Source: Geotalea uraniireducens Rf4 (GTDB taxonomy: Bacteria > Desulfobacterota > Desulfuromonadia > Geobacterales > Geobacteraceae). Taken from it: a DNA stretch of 32,000 nt. Where the stretch lies: positions 4,050,001-4,082,000 of the forward strand of contig NC_009483.1 in assembly GCF_000016745.1 (NCBI RefSeq). The letters are read 5' to 3'. The notes under the pieces were generated by a model that saw nothing but the letters and a program-made list of their open reading frames with translations, had not been told where the DNA came from and made no database searches. Every line of letters begins with the position of its first letter. Position 1 is the stretch's first letter. Below are positions 15,206 to 22,540 of this stretch, one piece after another. The position numbers and the translations under genes were made by a program.

Positions 15206-16717
15206 TCATGCACCCCGCCCTTTTCTGCCGAATTTCTCCCTATACATCCGCTCGTCGGCCAGCTTGAGGACTTCCCCAAGGCTTTCCCCCGTTTCTGCGG
15301 TTGCCGTGCCCAAGGAGAGGCTCAATCTGAAGACGCTGTTCGCACGGTTGACTCCTGCCTGGCAACTTTCGACCCTCTTGAGAATATCTTTCACCATAGC
15401 GCTGTCCGCGCCGGGCAGGAGGACCGCAAACTCGTCACCGCCTATGCGCGCCACCACATCATCGCTGCGAAAAGCCGCCAGCAGGACTTTAGCTGCCTCC
15501 TGAAGCAGTCGATCCCCCACCGCATGCCCATGGCGGTCGTTCACTTCTTTCAGCCCATCAACATCCGCCATAACGACGCTGATGGGGAATTCCCTTCCGC
15601 CGGCAAGCCGCCCGAGTTCCGCGTCGAAGTAAGCCCGGTTGTACAGGCCGGTCAGATTGTCGTGGGTGCTCAGGTAGCGGAGTTGCTCCTCCGCCTGCTT
15701 ACGTTCGGTTATATCGCGGTTGCTGCCGCTTATTCCCAAGAAAGTACCACTGTTGTCGTGGATCGGACGACAGATGTGGCTAATCCAGCGCATTTCCCCC
15801 TGTTTGGTAACAATGCGGAATTCGATTGGACTGGACGCCCCTCCCCGGTCTACCTCGCGGACATGAAGGCGCCATAGTTCATGATCATCGGAATGAATGA
15901 TAGCATCGCAGGTTTCCGGGAAATGAGACAGTTCCTCGACACTGAAGCCTGTAATATGTTCGGCTGCCGGAGAAATGTAGCGCATTTTCCCCTCCGGTGT
16001 CCGCCAGTAGAGCCATTCCGCCGAAGAATCGGCCAACCGCTGGAACATCCCGTTACTCTTCATCACTTCCTTTAACGTATCGTGCAGCGATTCCATGCCT
16101 CTGACCACGGCGAAGGCACCGATGCCCCGTCCCGCGCGAAAGGACTCGACCTCCCTCATCTCCTGCAGGGGCCTGAAGAGGGTCTGCACCCAATCCTGGC
16201 TGGGGAAGCCGCTTTCTTTCAGCATTTTCTCGACCTCTTCGGCGCGGTAGAAGGTGGCCTCGCGGTAGAAAGCGCTTTGGGACCGATTCTCCAGGTACTG
16301 CTGCCCCAAGGCGCTCCCCTTGTCGACTAACCCGATCACCAGACTCCCCTCAGGCTTGATGACCCGCCTTGCCTCGCGCAACATGGCGCGGGGATCATCC
16401 ACGAAGCAGATGGTAGTTACAATCAGGGCGTAATCAAAGCTTGCGGTAGCGAACGGGAGCCGCTCGGCGACGCCCCGCATGACACTAATGCCCCTTGCGC
16501 TGGCAAGTTTCAGCATGGCCGCCGAAGGATCGACACCTACCCGAACGCCAAGTGGCGCCGCGAAGCGCCCGCTTCCCACGCCGATCTCCAGGCCGAGCCC
16601 CTTCCACGGCAACAGCGCCCGTACTGCCAGCAGTTCGGAGCAGTAGGCGGCACCATGGGTGTCGTACCAGTTGTCGTAACGTTGGTGGTACGTGTTAAAT
16701 GGTTCGTTTCCGGACAT
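15206..16717 (-). CDS. Class I SAM-dependent methyltransferase domain - PAS - GGDEF diguanylate cyclase fusion protein
   Basis: From ATG 16717 (AAGGAA SD). LEIGVGSGRFAAPLG...VDPSAAML...LPFATASFDYALIVTTICFVDDP...IKPEGSLVIG is a Methyltransf_11-like domain. A PAS segment follows (WLYWRTPEGKMRYISPAAEHITGFS...). The GGDEF domain has an intact RIGGDEFAV and an RSDD (RxxD) I-site 5 residues upstream. Confidence 0.8.
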   Translation of the reverse strand: MSGNEPFNTYHQRYDNWYDTHGAAYCSELLAVRALLPWKGLGLEIGVGSGRFAAPLGVRVGVDPSAAMLKLASARGISVMRGVAERLPFATASFDYALIVTTICFVDDPRAMLREARRVIKPEGSLVIGLVDKGSALGQQYLENRSQSAFYREATFYRAEEVEKMLKESGFPSQDWVQTLFRPLQEMREVESFRAGRGIGAFAVVRGMESLHDTLKEVMKSNGMFQRLADSSAEWLYWRTPEGKMRYISPAAEHITGFSVEELSHFPETCDAIIHSDDHELWRLHVREVDRGGASSPIEFRIVTKQGEMRWISHICRPIHDNSGTFLGISGSNRDITERKQAEEQLRYLSTHDNLTGLYNRAYFDAELGRLAGGREFPISVVMADVDGLKEVNDRHGHAVGDRLLQEAAKVLLAAFRSDDVVARIGGDEFAVLLPGADSAMVKDILKRVESCQAGVNRANSVFRLSLSLGTATAETGESLGEVLKLADERMYREKFGRKGRGA

Positions 16718-16881
16718 CAGAGCAATTCCTTGATGGCAGCTACGAAGCGCGCATTGTCCTCTGGCAGGGCAGTGGTGATAAGCATGTAGCCCGGCCTCAA
16801 ATGTGGACCATACAAAAAAATGATGCGCTTCTGCAGCGGCGTATTGGGCAACCACTGCATGCACCTTGTCAGGTGACCCTC

Positions 16882-17622
16882 TCAATGATGAAACTTATAC
16901 GCCAGGTACAGCATGCAGAGAATACCGGCAGCAAAGCAGCTGAAGTGCAGCACCGCCCTGCCAATGTCGGGCTGTGCCTTGATCTCTGGCACAAGGTCTG
17001 AGGCGCCAATGTAGATGAAGTTGCCGGCGCCGAACAAGATCAAACCTGCGACTTCAAATCGGATTGACAACGCAAATGCCATGAGAGCGCCCAGTAGGAA
17101 TGTCAAACCGGAGAGGAAGTTCCAGGTCAGAGCCCGGCGGCGATCCCAACCACCATGGACAAGTATTCCGAAATCACCGAGCTCCTGTGGCACTTCATGA
17201 GCCGCTGCTGCAAGCCAGGCCATGACACCGGCACGTGGATCGACCAAAAAAGTGCTGGCAATGCCCAAACCACCCAGAAAGTTGTGAAGCGCATCCCCCA
17301 GGAGAATCAGATAGGTCATTGGACTCCTGCATTCCGCAGAGGCGCGTCTACAGTGGTGCCAGTGAAGAAATTGCTCAAGCCCGAGAAACGTGGCAAAGCC
17401 GCCTAGAAGCCACGCTCCGGCATTGATCGCGCCAAGTGCCGCAAAACCTGCGGGAATCATATGAAGGACTGCGCCGCCGAGCAAAGTGCCGGCAGCAAGA
17501 GAGACCAAGGGAAGAAGCAAACGATCCAAGGTGGCAGGTCGCAGCACAGTGGTGAGGCTTCCGACCAGCGCTATCGTGCTCATGAGCAAACCGCCCAGAA
17601 TGATCCATATGAGACTGTTCAT
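16882..17622 (-). CDS. ZIP family metal transporter (ZupT-like)
   Basis: Eight predicted TM segments from ATG 17622. There is a His/Cys-rich loop (HWHHCRRASAEC) and conserved motifs LGDALHNFLGGLGIA and AAAAHEVPQELGDFGIL. The track ORF extends to a GTG at 17748, which would add one extra hydrophobic segment, so the start is uncertain. Confidence 0.8.
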   Translation of the reverse strand: MNSLIWIILGGLLMSTIALVGSLTTVLRPATLDRLLLPLVSLAAGTLLGGAVLHMIPAGFAALGAINAGAWLLGGFATFLGLEQFLHWHHCRRASAECRSPMTYLILLGDALHNFLGGLGIASTFLVDPRAGVMAWLAAAAHEVPQELGDFGILVHGGWDRRRALTWNFLSGLTFLLGALMAFALSIRFEVAGLILFGAGNFIYIGASDLVPEIKAQPDIGRAVLHFSCFAAGILCMLYLAYKFHH

Positions 17623-17767
17623 ACGCGTCCCGGCCCAAATTATTGCGATAACTGCGATGGCGGCAATGAAAACGAGGAGGCTTCCCAAATTCCAGGGACA
17701 AACTCCTCTGCTCCTCTTGCCGCCCTTTATCCGGCGCTTTCTCTCCACTCAAGTAGCGGACGAAAAA

Positions 17768-18223
17768 CTATCTCCTCCAACCCGCCCAGACAGGAACGCC
17801 GTTGTCGTCGCGGAGTCTGAGCACTGAATCGCCCTTCTTCATCTCGGCCGCAATGATTGCCGGTTTACTGGCAACGGTGACCCTTGATCCCTTGACCTCA
17901 ACCTTGTCGCCCTTCTCTATTTTGACATCGAGCCGCTCGATGAACCAGGAAGGCCCCAGGTGGACGGAAATGGTCTCCTTGCCGGTCTTGAGCTGAAGAT
18001 GGATGCCGGCGCCCATACCTTTCATCGGAGTGACTTTGTCCACGGCAACTACCTCGCCGCTAACGGTTTCCACTGTGGCGGGGTTGTACATACGCTGATA
18101 GGCGCCCCCCATTCCCCAACCGCTACTGCCGCGCCACCCTTGCCACGGGGCGGCGAAAGTCGTCGAGACGAATGAAACCACGAGCATTGTTGCCAGAATA
18201 CTTGCGACGCTTTTCGCTTTCAT
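17768..18223 (-). CDS. Periplasmic protein of unknown function (Gly/Trp-rich N-terminus plus beta-rich domain)
   Basis: AAAGGAGG SD and signal peptide MKAKSVASILATMLVVSFVSTTFA. The body reads ...VSGEVVAVDKVTP..GMGAGIHLQLKTGKETISVHLGPSWF......I.KGDKVEVKGS......PAIIAAEMKKGD..LRLRDDNGVPVW. I recall similar proteins annotated as MamS/MamX-like or OB-fold-like, but that assignment is tentative. Confidence 0.6.
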   Translation of the reverse strand: MKAKSVASILATMLVVSFVSTTFAAPWQGWRGSSGWGMGGAYQRMYNPATVETVSGEVVAVDKVTPMKGMGAGIHLQLKTGKETISVHLGPSWFIERLDVKIEKGDKVEVKGSRVTVASKPAIIAAEMKKGDSVLRLRDDNGVPVWAGWRR

Positions 18224-18268
18224 GGAAACCTCCTTTGTCGTTATTCTACAGTATACCGCCGTTCTTTT

Positions 18269-19210
18269 TCATGCTTTCCCGAACCTTTGCAAGTAGTATT
18301 TCCGACCTTCGTATTCCGTTTCCGCCAGAAGTCCCGAATCGATCAGTTTCTTCACAACGGCCCAATCGCCACCCGCCTTTGCCAGCAGCTCCCGCACCGC
18401 CTCTTCTCTCATCGGATGCACCGCGGTAATGGCTAGTAGGTCCTCCGCTACATCTCCCATGCAGGCAAAGGCGTTCTCTTCGTAACCGGTCAGAAGCTCC
18501 ACCCGTTCGACCTTCCTGCGGAGGATCTGAAAGGCCCGGTTGACGGTCTCCTCGGAGGGAGGCTTCACCCATAGTTCCGCCGGAGGGCGGGTGGGGATGG
18601 CCAAATACGCCTTGGCGGGTTTCAGCGCCATGAGAAAATCGGCGAGCAGTTCGAGGTGCTCTTCAGCGTCATTGAGACCTTTTACCAGCATCGTTTCCGT
18701 CGCCAGCTCCCCTCCGTATCTTTTTGCAAAGCCGATCATGCCGGTGAGAAGGTCCATAAATTCCAGCAAAGGGCTGGGCCGATTAAGCTTGCGCCAGACA
18801 TCCTCTCTAACTGTGTCCACTTTCAACGAAACCCAATTCGCTTTGCGCAACGCCTCCGCCACGTCGCTGCGCCAGATGAGGGAGGCGTTGGTTATCACCG
18901 CGATCCTGATCCCGAGCGGCCGCAGGAGCTCGATTTCGCGCGCCAGGTTGATGTCCAGGGTCGGTTCGCCATCGGCAACGAAGGTCAGATAGTCTATCTG
19001 TTCGCCGTTTTCTCTCGCCACTCTCACCTTGTTTTCCACCTCCGCCGCGATCTCTTCAGGCCAGTAGAAGGCACGGCGGTCGACCTGCGTCTTAATGGTG
19101 CGTCCCACCTGGCAGTAGACGCAAGAATAGGTGCAAACCTTGGGCGTAATGTTGTTGATCCCCAGGCTGCGCCCCAGGCGCCTGGACGGCACCGGCCCGA
19201 ATACTATCAT
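18269..19210 (-). CDS. Radical SAM protein (unknown substrate) with C-terminal winged-helix-like extension
   Basis: MIVFGPVPSRRLGRSLGINNITPKVCTYSCVYCQVG contains the CxxxCxxC cluster motif. ...DGEPTL is a SAM-binding GGE-like motif. ATG 19210 follows a GGGGAGGTG SD, and the track's GTG start lies inside that SD. Confidence 0.8.
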   Translation of the reverse strand: MIVFGPVPSRRLGRSLGINNITPKVCTYSCVYCQVGRTIKTQVDRRAFYWPEEIAAEVENKVRVARENGEQIDYLTFVADGEPTLDINLAREIELLRPLGIRIAVITNASLIWRSDVAEALRKANWVSLKVDTVREDVWRKLNRPSPLLEFMDLLTGMIGFAKRYGGELATETMLVKGLNDAEEHLELLADFLMALKPAKAYLAIPTRPPAELWVKPPSEETVNRAFQILRRKVERVELLTGYEENAFACMGDVAEDLLAITAVHPMREEAVRELLAKAGGDWAVVKKLIDSGLLAETEYEGRKYYLQRFGKA

Positions 19211-19226
19211 GTGCGTCACCTCCCCA

Positions 19227-20108
19227 TTATCTCTCCTTCATCCTGCAATACTCGTTTTCGTAACCGATCTCGACCGTCGTATGCTCGAAATCCGCATTTT
19301 CGAGCAGTAATCTGACCCGGTTTCTTATCTTCAGGACGTCTTTCCTGGTTGCGTCCGCCTCGACCACCAGATGGGTCGTCAATACGTTGTGCTCGCCGTC
19401 CAGCGACCAGACGTGGGTATGATGGACGGATTTCACCTTGTCGATGGCTAGGAGTTTCTTCTCGATTTCGCCGGTATCGATCCCACCGGGTACGGCCTGA
19501 AGGAACAACTGCACTGTCTTTTTCAGGTTCCTCGACACGTTGAACAGGACATACGACGTTATAAGGATAGAGAGGATCGGGTCGAGGAGTGGCAGGTCCT
19601 TGAACAGCAGGACGGAACTCACCGACAAGACGGCCGCCCAGCCCAGCAAATCCCCCAGCAGATGCCAAGTGACGATCCGGGCGTTCAGCGTCCTCCCCCC
19701 CCTCACGCGCAGCAGCGCCAAGCCATTGACCGCGATCCCGACGACGGCAAGGAGCGCCATCCCCCCTGCATTGGGATGTTCCGGTCGCAGGAGCCTCGGC
19801 ACAGCCTCCGACAGGACCAGCAGGCTCCCCACCATCAGGACGAGGGCGGTCGCCAGTGCCCCCAGCAGCGAAAAGCGCCGGTATCCGTAGGAATACCTCC
19901 TGTCGCTCTCCTTTTCGGCATAGCCGGCCAGGTACCAGGCAAGCCCCAGCGACAGGCAGTCTCCCAAGTCATGGACGGCGTTCGAGATGATGGCTATACT
20001 GTTCGTCCAGAGTCCGCCGAACAGTTCCAGCAGGGTGAAGCAGAGGTTCAGCAGGAAGGCCAGTCGGAGACCCGCCGTAGCAGCACAGTAATGGCTAGAT
20101 CGGTCCAT
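19227..20108 (-). CDS. CDF family divalent-metal efflux transporter, CzcD/ZitB-like
   Basis: From ATG 20108. TM2 has NAVHDLGDCLS and TM5 has TWHLLGDLLGW (HxxxD/HxxxD site A, as in Zn/Co/Cd CDFs). The C-terminal domain reads ...VKSVHHTHVWSLDGEHNVLTTHLVV... Confidence 0.85.
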   Translation of the reverse strand: MDRSSHYCAATAGLRLAFLLNLCFTLLELFGGLWTNSIAIISNAVHDLGDCLSLGLAWYLAGYAEKESDRRYSYGYRRFSLLGALATALVLMVGSLLVLSEAVPRLLRPEHPNAGGMALLAVVGIAVNGLALLRVRGGRTLNARIVTWHLLGDLLGWAAVLSVSSVLLFKDLPLLDPILSILITSYVLFNVSRNLKKTVQLFLQAVPGGIDTGEIEKKLLAIDKVKSVHHTHVWSLDGEHNVLTTHLVVEADATRKDVLKIRNRVRLLLENADFEHTTVEIGYENEYCRMKER

Positions 20109-20210
20109 GTTCTCGCGTCCCCGAATATACAGGATGTTAAGAGCCGAAATAACGGAGCGTCCTCCGAATATCGTCAACGCCGAAGGAGGTGTCGAAGCAG
20201 CCCGTGCCGG

Positions 20211-20379
20211 CTAGGAGCCTGTCGGACTTAGGAATGAATCTACTGCGAGAACGGAAAATCGGTCCATATTCCCGGAAATTTTCGACAAATAGGTCCACTA
20301 TTCGCTCTCAAATTTCCGAAAATCTGTCCTCAATTTGCCATTCTCTCGCTACGATTCCCTAAGTCCGACAGACTCCTAG
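20211..20379 (-). mobile_element. MITE-like 169-bp palindromic repeat element, copy 2 (inverted relative to copy 1)
   Basis: The reverse complement aligns end-to-end with 5272-5440, with 7 mismatches and no indels by manual alignment. Same terminal inverted repeats CTAGGAGC..GTCGGACTTAGG. Confidence 0.75.
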
Positions 20380-20661
20380 GGGTTGTATTCCCGGACCTGT
20401 CTGACGAGCGTCTCCACGAGTTGCCTCCGTCCAGAGCCCGGCAACCACGATTTTCCGGCGCCCGGTCCGCTCGATTGTCGCCTTGAAATTTTGCCTGGTT
20501 CTCCGATTTTCTTGGTCATATACAAGGCAAACATATCGCCCTTTTATTCAATGTCAAATACAAGCCCTACAGCGTGCCACCTTTACCTAAAGCATTGATT
20601 TTACATAATTGCCAAGCTGTAAGAACTTATATGATCTCAACTTTCGCAGTTACCTATAGCC

Positions 20662-20767
20662 CCCTCCCCCTTGGATGGGGGAGGGTTGGGGTTGGGGTGC
20701 AAGGCAGCGATTTTTCGATGATCAACTTGCACCCTCCCCCTAGCCCCCTCCCATCGAAGGGAGGGGG
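20662..20767. repeat. G/C-rich compound REP-like element (three hairpins)
   Basis: CCCTCCCCC (20662-20670) pairs with GGGGGAGGG (20677-20685). GGGTGCAAG (20695-20703) pairs with CTTGCACCC (20726-20734). CCCCCTCCC (20744-20752) pairs with GGGAGGGGG (20759-20767). It contains the GGGTTGGGGT motif also seen at 22402-22411. Confidence 0.7.
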
Positions 20768-20879
20768 GATATTTGTGGAGCAACATGTTTGTTTTACGGC
20801 TAAACGGTGTATTTGTGCTGTTTGAGAGTTGTTTTGGCTCTGCTAAAGTTGAGTATATGATCTTTTTTGCGGACATCCG

Positions 20880-20907
20880 TTGCTTCCCGCCACATCGATA
20901 CTACAAT
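20880..20907 (+). promoter_or_regulatory. Candidate sigma70-type promoter for the PhnB-like VOC gene
   Basis: TTGCTT (20880-20885), a 16-nt spacer, then TACAAT (20902-20907), about 100 nt upstream of ATG 21007. Sequence match only. Confidence 0.3.
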
Positions 20908-21006
20908 TAAGGTAAAGAGCCGGGTATGATTGCTCGCCGAAGGGCAATTTCCCGTCTTAAAACGAAGGGGGAGCCGGCCGCTTTCCCACAGACAAGGAGG
21001 AGCACC

Positions 21007-21480
21007 ATGACAAAAGCAATCCCGGAAGGATTTCACACCATCACACCGATGTTCATGTTCAAGGATGCCCGTAAGGCCATCGAATTCTACAAACAGGCCT
21101 TCGGCGCACAGGAGCGGTTCGCCATGCCGGGGCCCGACGGCAAAGGGGTGATGCACGCCGAGGTCCGGATCGGCAACTCGATCTTCATGATGGGGGAGGA
21201 AAACCCGCAGGAGCCCTGCAAAAGTGCAGAAACCATCGGCGGCTCCCCGGTCAGTTTTTACATTTATCTGGAAAACGTGGACGAGGCATTCAGGATAGCC
21301 ATGGAAGCGGGCGCACAGGTCCGGATGCCTGTCCAGGACATGTTCTGGGGGGACCGCGTCGGGACCGTGCAAGACCCCTTCGGTTACAGCTGGACCCTTG
21401 CCACCCATATCAAGGACCTGACCCCGCAGGAAATCCAGGAGGGAGCTCTGGCCGCTTTCGCTGAGATGGGAAGGAAATGA
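21007..21480 (+). CDS. VOC family protein, PhnB/YjdN-like
   Basis: MTKAIPEGFHTITPMFMFKDARKAIEFYKQAFGAQE......P.DGKGVMHAEVRIGNS.FMMGEE......VSFYIYLENVDEAF..A..AGA.V.MPV.DMFWGDR.G.V.DPFGY.W.LATH is the typical PhnB-like pattern. AAGGAGG SD lies before ATG 21007. Confidence 0.85.
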   Translation: MTKAIPEGFHTITPMFMFKDARKAIEFYKQAFGAQERFAMPGPDGKGVMHAEVRIGNSIFMMGEENPQEPCKSAETIGGSPVSFYIYLENVDEAFRIAMEAGAQVRMPVQDMFWGDRVGTVQDPFGYSWTLATHIKDLTPQEIQEGALAAFAEMGRK

Positions 21481-21518
21481 ACCGCTGCGGAGACGTTTCG
21501 GAAAGGAAATGAGGCTAT

Positions 21519-21552
21519 TTCGGGGGCACAATGTATGGTGCCCCCGAATTTG
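21519..21552. terminator. Bidirectional intrinsic terminator between convergent genes
   Basis: TTCGGGGGCAC (21519-21529), an 8-nt loop, then GTGCCCCCGAA (21538-21548), giving an 11-bp GC-rich stem. It is flanked by TATTT upstream and TTTG downstream. Confidence 0.7.
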
Positions 21553-21583
21553 ACTGGAGCGGCATTCAGCGTCAAAAACCTCC

Positions 21584-21976
21584 TTATTTCATCTCTTTCA
21601 ACTGATTGATGTCTTTCTGCCCCTGTTCCTTCATGAGCTCCAGCTGTTTCTGCCGGTCTTCCTTCATCTTTTTCAGCTCTTCAGTTTTTTGCTCCTTTTT
21701 ACCCTTCATTTCCTTTACTTTCGCTGCCCCCTTCTGCGGTTTTGCCTTGATCTTCTCTTCCTGCTTTTTCTTCTTCTCTTTTATTTCGCTTTCCTTCTTT
21801 ATGGCCTTTTCCCTGGTATCGCTCTCTATCTTGAGCGCCTTTCCCTTCAGAATCTCTTCTTTCTTCAACAACTCCCCGGTCGGCGAGTACCCGGTTCCCT
21901 GCTCGGCAGCAAGGAGAGTTGTCGCAAATAGGCAGACAGCAAAAAAACTCGTAACAGCAATAGTTTTTCGTTTCAT
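21584..21976 (-). CDS. Secreted Lys/Glu-rich coiled-coil-like protein (unknown function)
   Basis: 130-aa ORF with GGAGGCAACGA SD context and signal peptide MKRKTIAVTSFFAVCLFATTLLAA. The rest is highly charged low-complexity K/E sequence. The antisense ORFs here are low-complexity artefacts. Confidence 0.6.
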   Translation of the reverse strand: MKRKTIAVTSFFAVCLFATTLLAAEQGTGYSPTGELLKKEEILKGKALKIESDTREKAIKKESEIKEKKKKQEEKIKAKPQKGAAKVKEMKGKKEQKTEELKKMKEDRQKQLELMKEQGQKDINQLKEMK

Positions 21977-22222
21977 TCGTTGCCTCCGTAAATTAATTTT
22001 TACTTACAATCATTGTACTAGACAATCAGCTGCATGCAAAAATGGCTGCCAAAAAGTTGCCGGGTTACCATGGGATCCGCACAGCATCCGATTTTCCCTA
22101 CGTCCCCGCAAACCGATTTTTTAATTATTAGATTGCAATTTACTGATATTACAACAAAAAAATGATCCTATAAATCAAGCACATACCGTGCGAGAAAATT
22201 CGTGGCATGATTTTTTGATCGC

Positions 22223-22250
22223 TTGACTCGGCAGGATGTCTGATTATAGT
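22223..22250 (+). promoter_or_regulatory. Candidate sigma70-type promoter of the RND cluster
   Basis: TTGACT (22223-22228), a 16-nt spacer, then TATAGT (22245-22250), in an AT-rich spacer. It implies a leader of about 285 nt before ATG 22541. Sequence match only. Confidence 0.4.
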
Positions 22251-22381
22251 TAATTTATAATTGGTGGCCTGAATCTTTGATATGTTTTCATAACCATCTA
22301 AGTTCTTTGAGAAATTATCCATGATGCAATGCCGTATTTTTGATGCAATAACATGGGACTTTTGAAAATCCCCGAAAAAAT

Positions 22382-22446
22382 CTCTCCCCCTTGACGGGGA
22401 AGGGTTGGGGTGCAGGTGAAAGTTCCGGTCAAGGGGGGGGAAAGAG
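22382..22446. repeat. REP-like long hairpin in the RND leader
   Basis: CTCTCCCCCTTGAC (22382-22395) is complementary to GTCAAGGGGGGGGAAAGAG (22428-22446). The loop carries GGGTTGGGGT, as in the 20662-20767 element. Confidence 0.65.
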
Positions 22447-22540
22447 TCTTGCAAAGGGCTCCTGTTACTGAACTTACCGTCATGGAATCAGGATTAATTG
22501 GCGCATCATAACGACCTGACAAGAAGGGAGGGCCCCGGCA

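Noticed and set aside
20800-21531. 243-aa minus-strand ORF
   Set aside because: It is antisense to the PhnB-like VOC gene (clear family match, AAGGAGG SD), and it runs through the bidirectional terminator hairpin.
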